From a virus, in IMG/VR virus record IMGVR_UViG_3300024978_000198: 23,967 bases of DNA; one strand, written 5' to 3'. Both the position numbers and the translations under genes were made by a program. The first letter of the stretch is position 1, and the number at the start of each line of letters is the position of its first letter. The notes under the pieces were generated by a model. It was not told where the DNA came from. It saw nothing but the letters and a program-made list of their open reading frames with translations, and ran no database searches. Shown one piece after another: positions 1-7,439 of this stretch.

Positions 1-841
1 ACGTGCGGCAGGCGAAGCCGCCTTGTTCGAGCCGGACGGGGCGGATGCGCACCACGTCTCCGGTCAGTTCACATCGGTGCCGGAGAATCGGGTCGATATG
101 GCAGACGGCGTCCCAGCCGTTACTGATCGCCCCGGAAGCGTCGAACTGTGTCGCCGCCGGTCCGGGTCCGCCCCACTCGGCGGATTTCTCTGCCATCGCC
201 TCTGCGTCGGTGATGGTCACCCATGGGTTGTTCTTCTTGATCACGTCGATGGCTGCGCTGTCGGTGCAGCAATCGGAAAGCAACTTCATCAACACGCCGT
301 ACGGGTCTGATTTGTCCACGGTCAAGCCGAACGCCTTTAACCAGTCGGATAGCTTTGCCGGGTCGTACCTCTCGGGCAGGTAGAACTTCCGAGACAGCAC
401 GTCCGTCAATGCCGCGAATTTCGACGAGACGACGGCTGTCTTGGCGAAGGAAAGCATCCGATGCGCGGTGCGCACGTCAGCGGCCTGAGTATCGGTGAGC
501 GAGGATGTATCGACCGATCGGAGCAGCGCAAGACAGTCTCGTAAGGTCTTACCGTTGGTGGCGATCAGGATCCCGCCGACTTTGAGGGTGGCCGCTACCA
601 GGTCCTTCCCTGTGACTTCGATGGGCGCCTTGCCATGCTTCTGCATCATGGTCACGCCGCGGTGCTGGAACAGAAAGTGAGCGGATTGCTGCAGCGTCCC
701 CGAAGTGACGCGTACCGGCATGGATCGCTGTGACATGCGCACGATCGGGCGTCTGGCCTTGGTAGCCTCGGCTCGCTTGGCCGCGTCGTATCGGTCGAGT
801 GCGGCGCGGGTACCCAACGGCTTCTGGTTCGTCTCGCTCAT
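1..841 (-). CDS. Hypothetical protein, 3'-truncated by the window edge (>=280 aa), divergent from the helicase
   Basis: Absent from the ORF track because no stop lies in the window. Manual translation from ATG 841 (MSETNQKPLGTRAALDRYDAAK...IDPILRHRCELTGDVVRIRP...) stays open to base 1. The ATG lies exactly 9 nt after a CCGCACAT motif. Confidence 0.8.
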   Translation of the reverse strand, partial: MSETNQKPLGTRAALDRYDAAKRAEATKARRPIVRMSQRSMPVRVTSGTLQQSAHFLFQHRGVTMMQKHGKAPIEVTGKDLVAATLKVGGILIATNGKTLRDCLALLRSVDTSSLTDTQAADVRTAHRMLSFAKTAVVSSKFAALTDVLSRKFYLPERYDPAKLSDWLKAFGLTVDKSDPYGVLMKLLSDCCTDSAAIDVIKKNNPWVTITDAEAMAEKSAEWGGPGPAATQFDASGAISNGWDAVCHIDPILRHRCELTGDVVRIRPVRLEQGGFACRT

Positions 842-850
842 GTCTTGCTC

Positions 851-877
851 ATGTGCGGCATCTGCTTGGCACCCCCG
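851..877 (-). promoter_or_regulatory. Element-specific promoter motif copy 1 (CGGGGGTGCC-N9-CCGCACAT-N9-ATG 841)
   Basis: Exact motif and spacing shared with the other copies. Confidence 0.8.
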
Positions 878-922
878 GCCACTTGACTGTCGCGGGCTCT
901 TCACCGCAGTCCGGAGCTGTTG

Positions 923-949
923 CGGGGGTGCCAAGCAGATGCCGCACAT
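923..949 (+). promoter_or_regulatory. Promoter motif copy 2 (CGGGGGTGCC-N9-CCGCACAT-N9-ATG 959)
   Basis: Exact motif and spacing. Confidence 0.8.
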
Positions 950-958
950 GAATGGTTC

Positions 959-2248
959 ATGTTGAGCACCGATGACCTTGAAGATGAACTTGCCCCGTCT
1001 CCCCCCGACGAAGAGACCGTCGGCGACACGCACGCGAGCAAGTATGACGAAGGCCTGGTTCCGAAGCTGGTCCCCGGATCGGTCACTGCCAGAGTGCTGT
1101 ACCAGGCCTGGTCCGGGTCCCCGGTGACAATCGTGGACTCGCCCCCGGGAGCAGGTAAGTCCACCCTGATCACAACCGTGGTTTCGCACCTGCGAGCCGG
1201 AACCGACCTGGCCATCGTGATCGCGACACCGACCCGTCGCCAGGCGATCGATATCGCGCTTCGTATCGAGAAGGTCACCGCTCCGGAGACTGTGTTTCTC
1301 GATTTCAAGTCGTTCAAGGACTCGGAAGTCTCCGACTACGGGATGCTGGCGTTGAACCGGTTAAAGTCGCCGCGATTTCCTCGCTCGGGCAAGGATACGG
1401 TTGTCGTCAATACCCTCGCCTCAATCCGGCGGCGTCGGATGGACCTGGACGTCCTCTTTATTGATGAGGCATACCAGGCCACCTACGCCGACGTGCTTGC
1501 CTCAGCGGCCAAGGCCAAGCAGGTCGTCCTGGTCGGCGACCCAGGACAGATCGGGCCCGTCATTACCGTAGACACGTCAGCATGGGATCACCTCGACTAC
1601 AACCCCGCCGCCCGCGGCCCGGAGGTGTTCGCGCGTCGGGGGGACGCTTTCGTACTGAATCTCCCGGGAACGTACCGGCTGGGGGCGGAAACCGCTGCGG
1701 CGATCGCTCCGCTGTATGGCTTCGAGTTCGATTCGAAGCGCCCGCACCGAGAAATTGATGGACTGCGCGAAGTCGAGTCGATCGTGATGAACGCGGCGAA
1801 CGGCGCACATGATGTTTCGCTTCTGTCCGAAGTTGCTGGTGTCGCAACGAAAATCGTAGGACGGGATCTGATCGGGGATGGTTTTGAACGCCGCCAGATC
1901 GAACCGTCTGACGTGGCGATCGTCGTTCCGCATAACGTCCAGGTGTCGATTCTCAAAGGCGCGCTGGAATCGATGGGGATGCCCGGAATCACCGTCGGCA
2001 CCGCCGACAAACTGCAGGGAGGTGAGTGGGAGGCAGTCGTTGTTCTCGACCCACTGTTCGGCGTGTCAGCGATCGACAATCACTCGGCAAGCCTCGGCAG
2101 ACTCTGCGTGATGTGCTCCCGGCATCGGAGCCACCTGACTTTCATTCACGACAACGAGTGGAACGAACTGCTCGCCGCCGACGAGAACATGGCCGCGGGC
2201 GAATCCGACAAGGCCATCGCAGTCAGGAAGTCGGTGACCCATGGATGA
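959..2248 (+). CDS. Superfamily 1 (Upf1/DNA2-like, AAA_11/AAA_12-type) helicase, 429 aa
   Basis: Walker A SPPGAGKS, motif Ia ATPTRRQA, II DEAYQ, III VGDPGQIGP, IV TYRL, V TADKLQGGE, VI RLCVMCSRHR. Start moved to ATG 959 on the basis of the upstream motif. Confidence 0.9.
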   Translation: MLSTDDLEDELAPSPPDEETVGDTHASKYDEGLVPKLVPGSVTARVLYQAWSGSPVTIVDSPPGAGKSTLITTVVSHLRAGTDLAIVIATPTRRQAIDIALRIEKVTAPETVFLDFKSFKDSEVSDYGMLALNRLKSPRFPRSGKDTVVVNTLASIRRRRMDLDVLFIDEAYQATYADVLASAAKAKQVVLVGDPGQIGPVITVDTSAWDHLDYNPAARGPEVFARRGDAFVLNLPGTYRLGAETAAAIAPLYGFEFDSKRPHREIDGLREVESIVMNAANGAHDVSLLSEVAGVATKIVGRDLIGDGFERRQIEPSDVAIVVPHNVQVSILKGALESMGMPGITVGTADKLQGGEWEAVVVLDPLFGVSAIDNHSASLGRLCVMCSRHRSHLTFIHDNEWNELLAADENMAAGESDKAIAVRKSVTHG

Positions 2249-2672
2249 CGGCACCGAGGCGCCGCGCAGCACACTGACCCTTGTCACCGCCGCCGGCGAA
2301 GGGTACACAGCCCGACCCCTGATGCAGGAGGAGGCGTTCGCAATGTTGGAGAACACGTTCGACGACCGGTTTTTCATGGCGCAGCTGACCACGAAGATGT
2401 TCGCGTTCCTCACTGTGAACCAGAGCCCACATAATCGGATCGTGGGGCAGATAGCCCGGCACTACGGCGTCGTCGAATCGACGATCGCCGACTTTCGCGG
2501 AGACATCGTGATCGCCGGCAGAGCGAACATCTACGAGCGCACCGTAGCGCCACTCGACGAGATCCTGATCGGCCGGCTGATCGACCAGATCGTCGATCTC
2601 GGCGGTGCGTTGCCGTTCGAATCGGCGGCCGACGGCATGTTTTCGGGGGTGCCAGGATCTCGCCGCTCATAG
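2241..2672 (+). CDS. Hypothetical protein, 143 aa
   Basis: Overlaps the helicase stop by 8 nt (translational coupling); protein-like composition. Confidence 0.75.
   Translation: MDDGTEAPRSTLTLVTAAGEGYTARPLMQEEAFAMLENTFDDRFFMAQLTTKMFAFLTVNQSPHNRIVGQIARHYGVVESTIADFRGDIVIAGRANIYERTVAPLDEILIGRLIDQIVDLGGALPFESAADGMFSGVPGSRRS
2644..2670 (+). promoter_or_regulatory. Promoter motif copy 3 (CGGGGGTGCC-N9-CCGCTCAT), predicting +1 at G2680 for the non-coding RNA locus
   Basis: Same spacing as the other copies. No ATG follows; instead a 9-bp stem begins at 2681. Confidence 0.75.
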
Positions 2673-3014
2673 ATGGGGTGTCGGTTCGGTGATCGAGCCT
2701 CATCGGCTCGCCCGTCGATCCGAACCGAGGCGACGACTTCGGTAGTTGCGGGCCACGCGCCAGCGACGTTCCTTGATAACTGGACAGTGAACGAGATGTA
2801 ATTTCTCCTCAAGCCACGGGCCTGGGGAAGAGTGCGCGCCCGGCAGTTGATCGGGCAGCGAAACGTATCGGTCGGGAGCAACACCCGGCGCACTCGCGGG
2901 GACCGCCAATCCCGAAGCGGCGAGCTACGGCTCGGACGTGTCTAAGTCGGCGGCGGGTAGCCACGATACGGTTAGCGCCTCGGAAGGAACCGGAATCCGA
3001 ACGAGGCGCGCACT

Positions 3015-3087
3015 GCCTCGCTAGCTCAGCGGAAAGAGCAGCCGACTTCTAATCGGCAGGCCGGAGGTTCGAATCCTCCGCGGGGCG
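3015..3087 (+). tRNA. tRNA-Arg (anticodon UCU), CCA not encoded
   Basis: GCCTCGC TA GCTC AGCGGAAA GAGC A GCCGA CT-TCT-AA TCGGC AGGCC GGAGG TTCGAAT CCTCC GCGGGGC G: full cloverleaf. Confidence 0.95.
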
Positions 3088-3331
3088 CGCAGCCGTAACG
3101 CTTCGGCCGAAGCGGACCGGACTGCACTCAAGGTCCGCGCCAATAGAGCGGCGCCGGCTACTCGGGTTCGATCCCCGAGCAGGCTGGTTGCTAGACCGGT
3201 GGTCGCATTGCGCAAACTTGCGGCGCGGACCTTGAGTTTCGCTAGGTGCACAGCACGCCGGGGACGCCAGTTGACGGCACGGACTTGTGGGTCGCCTCGG
3301 CATCTCCGGTGAAAATCCGGGACAGCGAAAA

Positions 3332-3408
3332 CCCTTCGCGGGATTGGAATTCGGACTACCTGGGGCCCGGGTAGTCAGGCGCAGGTGAAAGCCCTGCCGA
3401 AGGGACCA
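3332..3408 (+). ncRNA. tRNA-like element with encoded ACCA end and no canonical anticodon loop
   Basis: CCCTTCG CG GGAT TGGA ATTC G GACTACC TGGGGCCCG GGTAGTC AGGC GCAGG TGAAAGC CCTGC CGAAGGG A CCA: 7-bp acceptor, 5-bp T stem with 7-nt loop, mini D arm, extended anticodon arm. Confidence 0.75.
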
Positions 3409-3409
3409 G

Positions 3410-3482
3410 ACCTCGTTAGCTCAGCTGGCAGAGCAACCGACTTTTACTCGGTGGGCCGCAGGTTCGATGCCTGCACGAGGTA
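3410..3482 (+). tRNA. tRNA-Lys (anticodon UUU), CCA not encoded
   Basis: ACCTCGT TA GCTC AGCTGGCA GAGC A ACCGA CT-TTT-AC TCGGT GGGCC GCAGG TTCGATG CCTGC ACGAGGT A: full cloverleaf. Confidence 0.93.
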
Positions 3483-3987
3483 CTGACCGCGCAGGTTCGA
3501 CTCCTGCCCCTGCAGACGACCGGGATGGCCACCGAAAGCTTCGGCCCGGCGCTTGTGGCACCGTGCGGCAGCGGGCGGACGTCTTATGGACCCGATTGAT
3601 CGAGGATCGGCCGAGTCCGAAGATGGGGATCAGCGGGAACTTTCCGGAACGTGCATCCGCCGGCCGTGCGAGATTCGGCAGTCTTAAACGACCCGACGAT
3701 GATCAGTGCGCCCATCAAAAAGCTCTTACGCTGAGCATCCCGCGTCAACGGGACCCTCAGCCCCGACGGACCAAGACTAGGTCGGTTCTATTCCGGGCGA
3801 CCCAATCCCTCTCATCGGCGGTTCCCACCCGGCGTCGATGTGATGTCCAGTGCTCATACCGGGTGGGCATTCTCGTCTCGTTCGCTGTCCAGTCAATCGG
3901 GAGCGCTGCTGGCTCATGGTTCGCCCCCGTGCGCAGCCGCTTCTTCGGTGGTTGAGCTACTTCGACTGAGAACAGGTGGTTTGCACA

Positions 3988-4596
3988 GTGCTCCTGTCCG
4001 ACAGGGACATCCTCGCGCGCATCGATGAACAGTCGATTGTCATCGCGCCGTTCATCGACACAGCAATGCAGCCGTCAAGCCTTGATGTTCGGCTCGATCG
4101 GCTCTTCCGGGTGTTCAACAATTCTCGGTATACCCATATCGACCCGTCCTTGCGGCAGGACGATTTGACATCAGAGGTCGAGGTTGCGGCCGACGGCAGC
4201 GAACCATTCGTACTGCACCCCGGAGAGTTCGTTCTGGCGTCTGTCCTGGAGTTCGTCGCGCTTCCAGATGACGTGTCCGCACGCCTTGAGGGAAAGTCGT
4301 CGCTCGGGCGGCTCGGGTTGCTCACTCACTCGACGGCCGGGTTCATCGATGCTGGCTTCCGCGGCCACATCACGTTGGAGCTCTCTAATGTGGCGAACCT
4401 GCCTATCGTGCTGTGGCCGGGAATGCGTATCGGCCAGTTGTGCTTCTTTCAGCTGTCGTCACCAGCGTTAGCTCCGTACGGGTCCGAGATGACGGGGTCG
4501 CACTATCAGGGTCAGCCGGCGGGACCGGCGCCGTCGAAGTCGTACGAGAGATTCACCAAGGGGATCGAGGTCGGCAACAATCATGCGCGCCGCTGA
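3988..4596 (+). CDS. dcd: dCTP deaminase
   Basis: (M)[48 protein letters not shown]; GTG start after an AGGTGG Shine-Dalgarno sequence. Confidence 0.95.
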   Translation: MLLSDRDILARIDEQSIVIAPFIDTAMQPSSLDVRLDRLFRVFNNSRYTHIDPSLRQDDLTSEVEVAADGSEPFVLHPGEFVLASVLEFVALPDDVSARLEGKSSLGRLGLLTHSTAGFIDAGFRGHITLELSNVANLPIVLWPGMRIGQLCFFQLSSPALAPYGSEMTGSHYQGQPAGPAPSKSYERFTKGIEVGNNHARR

Positions 4597-4894
4597 CGTC
4601 ACCTTCAAGGATTCGCTCGACTTCAACCCAGCCATGGACGAGCTCGCGGCATGCCGCTCGGCGGATCCCGACCTGTTCTTCCCAGAAAGCGCACACGACT
4701 ACGAGAAGGCAGTCACTATCTGCAGGTCGTGCCCGATCCAGCAGAAGTGCCTGGAGTGGGCGGTGCGAACGAAGGCTAGCGGTGTGTGGGGCGGGACCCT
4801 CCTGAAATCGGGTGTGAATTCACATACCTCGACTCCGTGGCGTCGCGAGCTGGCGAAGCGCAAGGCGTTGCGCCAGACGTGTCGCGCCGCCTGA
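4583..4894 (+). CDS. whiB: WhiB-family Fe-S transcription factor
   Basis: Four Cys ([12 protein letters not shown]...[11 protein letters not shown]), GVWGG turn, basic C-terminus; subfamily not assignable. Confidence 0.92.
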   Translation: MRAADVTFKDSLDFNPAMDELAACRSADPDLFFPESAHDYEKAVTICRSCPIQQKCLEWAVRTKASGVWGGTLLKSGVNSHTSTPWRRELAKRKALRQTCRAA

Positions 4895-5300
4895 CGATGC
4901 TGCGGATACATGGAACAGATCGGGGTCCTGTCCTGATCCTCCCCGCAAGGAACGGGCGCTACAGATCCCTGAGGGCCACGGTGGTCGGAGGGTACTCACG
5001 CTCCACTCCGTAGTCCTCAACGCGGTTTGCTACCTCTTAACCAGCAAAGAGGTCTCTTCTTGGCCGGAACACGACCCCAGATCCGATCTGCCGGCCGCTT
5101 CCAGGTTCCGGGGCCGCACGCCGCGTCACCGACCCGCTACGTTGCGCGCCCCGCCGCGGCCAGAGTTCCGCCGCGGACGGGGATCGGAATGCTCCGGCTG
5201 GATGCGCATAGGGCTTCTACTTCGTCGCCGAGGGTGACGCCATCGATCAGATCGTCCGCCGACGCCGCTGCGGCAGAACTTATGGCAGCGTGACCTCAAT

Positions 5301-5327
5301 CGGGGGTGCCGGCCGATGCCCGCGCAT
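5301..5327 (+). promoter_or_regulatory. Promoter motif copy 4 (CGGGGGTGCC-N9-CCGCGCAT-N9-ATG 5337)
   Basis: Exact motif and spacing. Confidence 0.8.
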
Positions 5328-5336
5328 GTATTGGGC

Positions 5337-5510
5337 ATGGCGCTTATTGACGTATTCTTCCCGTACAAGGGTCTCAGCCCACAGGACCGGGCCGACATCG
5401 AGTATTTTCGATCCGTGAAGATGCTTCCCAATGACCTGGAGCTGGCGCGCAGGCTGTCGAACCGGCACATCAACGGTGACGGTCGAACTCGCGGTGGAGG
5501 CATCGGCTGA
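5337..5510 (+). CDS. Small hypothetical protein, 57 aa (MALIDVFFPYKG...)
   Basis: ATG at the motif-predicted position; TGATG overlap with the next gene. Confidence 0.65.
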   Translation: MALIDVFFPYKGLSPQDRADIEYFRSVKMLPNDLELARRLSNRHINGDGRTRGGGIG

Positions 5511-5707
5511 TGACGACAGCGACACTGGCTCCGCCGAGCTTCGCATTCACGGCGCAAGATCGGTGTGATCGGTGCGGCGCGCGCGCGGCGTTCGCCGTGA
5601 AGTTCACTGCGCCGACTCCACTATTGTTTTGCATCCACCACTTCCGCAAGCACCAGTCCGTCATGACTTCGCCGCAGTGGATCCAGGGGTCACCTGGGAC
5701 ACAGTAG
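5510..5707 (+). CDS. Small putative zinc-binding protein, 65 aa
   Basis: DRCDRCGARA...LLFCIHH (CxxC...CxHH), a pattern I recognise from small actinobacterial proteins. Confidence 0.8.
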   Translation: MTTATLAPPSFAFTAQDRCDRCGARAAFAVKFTAPTPLLFCIHHFRKHQSVMTSPQWIQGSPGTQ

Positions 5708-5785
5708 CGGCACGCTCTTCTGCCGCAATGGCCCAACGTCCCTGATCGTCATCGACAATCGGGGGCGTTGGGGTTGGATGAGAAT

Positions 5786-6004
5786 TCAGCTGGCCAGAGC
5801 CACGAACTCGCTCACGGTGAACGAGTCTGCCGGCGTTGCGGCCCGAGTGTCCCACCAAGTCTGCTCGCCTCCGAAGAAGCAGCGATTGACGAGCTTCTCG
5901 GTGTGTGCTGCGGTGACGCCCCTGAATATGTAGACAATCCGTATCGATTCGTCCAGTACTTCGATCGTGTACATCGGCGCTGTCTCCAGCTTGGTGACCG
6001 TCAT
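5786..6004 (-). CDS. Hypothetical protein, 72 aa (MTVTKLETAP...)
   Basis: ATGA overlap with the stop of the ArdC-like gene. Confidence 0.6.
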   Translation of the reverse strand: MTVTKLETAPMYTIEVLDESIRIVYIFRGVTAAHTEKLVNRCFFGGEQTWWDTRAATPADSFTVSEFVALAS

Positions 6005-7029
6005 GCAGGCGTCCTCTCTGCGGCGTTCTTCCATGGGTCGGCGGCCAGGGTCTCTTTCACAGCATTGGCGACTGCCTCGGCGGATTCTTTTACCTTCTCC
6101 GGGTTGGTGTCGCCCCAGGATGCGACGTAACGGCCGGACTTGCCCACCGGGTCTTGCCCGTTGATGCGGCACAACGCATACGCGAACGATTCGGCCTCGA
6201 TCTCCATCGCCGGTCGTTTACCGCTGTGTCCGGTGCGGTACTCGTCCATCCGATCGAGGTGTCCCATTCTGATGTGTCCGAGCTCATGCGCGAGTGTCGA
6301 CGTTTGGTTCGCTGGCGGCAGGTCGGCGCGGATGACGACTTTCTTGTCGATCGGATCGGTGTAGCCGCGGGTGCCGCCGCTGATCGCTGCGTACTCGACG
6401 GTGAACCCTTCCCTGTGAATGGCATCGGTGAGGTCCTTCTTGAAGTCGGATGGCGGCTCCTCGGACAGCTCCATCATCTTGTCGACGTCGGGGATCTCGT
6501 CGCCCTCGGTCTGGGAGATGTCGAAGACGGTGGCGGTCGTGAATCCGGTGATGAAAGACCTGCGTACCGGCTTACCGTCGGCCCCTATGACGGGCTTGCC
6601 ATTCTCGTCCTTCTCGGTCTTCGAGACGCGCTTCGGGGCCAGGATCGTGATACCTTTTTCTCCCTTCTTCACCTGGCGCCCAAGCTCTTGCCACTTGCGG
6701 AAACCCGCGGCGCGAGTCGCTCGGCCGCCGGTCTGAATCGCGATCAGCATCTGGTTGGACAGCGAGTAGTGATGGAACCTGCTCATCACGTCAAGCATCT
6801 TGTTCCACTCGTCGTCGAAACGAAGGTCTGCCACTGCGGCGGCGAGCTCTTCGCCAATGGCTTTGAGCTTTTCGTCAACCGTGTCGTACTTCTTGGTGAA
6901 CGACGACTCTTTGTCGACGATTGATTCACCGGTTGGTTCATCCAGTGCCACGTTCGACTCTGCATGCAACATATTGGCGAACTGACCGCCGGTCGGCACG
7001 CCGGCAGCAACTCTGGTCTGCGTCCTCAT
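6001..7029 (-). CDS. ArdC-like ssDNA-binding domain fused to a zincin-like metallopeptidase domain, 342 aa
   Basis: FHHYSLSNQMLI, AGFRKWQELGRQVKKGEKGITILAP and VFDISQTEG (ArdC-N); LAHELGH...EIEAESFAY (HExxH...E). Confidence 0.9.
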   Translation of the reverse strand: MRTQTRVAAGVPTGGQFANMLHAESNVALDEPTGESIVDKESSFTKKYDTVDEKLKAIGEELAAAVADLRFDDEWNKMLDVMSRFHHYSLSNQMLIAIQTGGRATRAAGFRKWQELGRQVKKGEKGITILAPKRVSKTEKDENGKPVIGADGKPVRRSFITGFTTATVFDISQTEGDEIPDVDKMMELSEEPPSDFKKDLTDAIHREGFTVEYAAISGGTRGYTDPIDKKVVIRADLPPANQTSTLAHELGHIRMGHLDRMDEYRTGHSGKRPAMEIEAESFAYALCRINGQDPVGKSGRYVASWGDTNPEKVKESAEAVANAVKETLAADPWKNAAERTPA

Positions 7030-7038
7030 ACCTCATCT

Positions 7039-7046
7039 ATGTGCGG
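7039..7046 (-). promoter_or_regulatory. Proximal half-motif CCGCACAT-N9-ATG 7029 (no upstream box)
   Basis: Exact 9-nt spacing to the start codon. Confidence 0.65.
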
Positions 7047-7130
7047 CAGCAGCAGTCCGCGCACAGCGAGGCCGAAGCGGACCCGGCGCCTGGCGGTTGG
7101 ATCGACGATCGCCGCCTGTGGGCGAGCATC

Positions 7131-7391
7131 TCAGACGCGGTGGTCCGAGGACATCTCCCGTTCTAGCTCACGCCAGAATGACTCAGTTCCGGCCTCACCC
7201 GATTGGTGTGAGAAGACGGGTAAAACGTCACATGCGATGAACGTCTCGGTGCCGCACCGAGCGCAGCGGATCATCTGATGACCAGCCGGGATCAGATCCC
7301 GGGTACAGGAGCATGGGCGCCGTCCGACCTCCCCGATCGGCGGTTGTGCCTGGCATCCAGGGCATCGAAAGGTGTCCCTTGCCGTAACCAT
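7131..7391 (-). CDS. Possible small Cys-rich protein, 86 aa
   Basis: CPGC, CSC and CARC motifs; fills the gap between two genes. Confidence 0.4.
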   Translation of the reverse strand: MVTARDTFRCPGCQAQPPIGEVGRRPCSCTRDLIPAGHQMIRCARCGTETFIACDVLPVFSHQSGEAGTESFWRELEREMSSDHRV

Positions 7392-7439
7392 GCGTCAATT
7401 TTCGCACATCCCGACGAAAACAGGCACGAATATCATTGA

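Larger units (their letters stand above)
849..951. repeat. 29-bp perfect inverted repeat (849-877 / 923-951) formed by two identical divergent promoter motifs
   Basis: TCATGTGCGGCATCTGCTTGGCACCCCCG ... CGGGGGTGCCAAGCAGATGCCGCACATGA, read directly. Confidence 0.95.
2680..3790 (+). ncRNA. Large structured ncRNA locus with embedded tRNAs (GOLLD-like candidate, or a polycistron of several structured RNAs); boundaries approximate
   Basis: No credible CDS in 1.3 kb. Helices include 2681-2689/2720-2728, 2830-2837/2888-2895, 2864-2870/2964-2970 (crossing), 2975-2982/3002-3009, 3126-3141/3222-3237, 3622-3627/3711-3716, 3730-3735/3756-3761 and loop 3773-3778 with 3680-3685. Also a UACG tetraloop and several T-loop hairpins. 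Family assignment is inference. Confidence 0.65.

Noticed and set aside
461-468. Extra CCGCGCAT half-motif hits (also 19639-19646)
   Set aside because: Inside CDSs with neither the upstream box nor a start codon at +9; likely chance
2675-3014. tmRNA, RNase P or SRP RNA (GGGG start; CGGAAGGAA at 2981)
   Set aside because: No matching Ala acceptor/T-arm 3' end or tag ORF, no GAGGAAAGUCC, and no SRP internal-loop context
3090-3187. A third canonical or selenocysteine-type tRNA
   Set aside because: The T-arm is good, but the acceptor stem needs a bulge and there is no 7-nt anticodon loop
3332-3408. tRNA-Pyl (short D-loop and UGAAA T-loop are reminiscent)
   Set aside because: No CUA anticodon, A rather than G discriminator, and no pyl genes in the window
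3467-3955. 162-aa ORF and other ORFs across 2700-3960
   Set aside because: They overlap tRNAs and structured RNA, have Arg/Pro/Ser-rich shadow composition and no motifs
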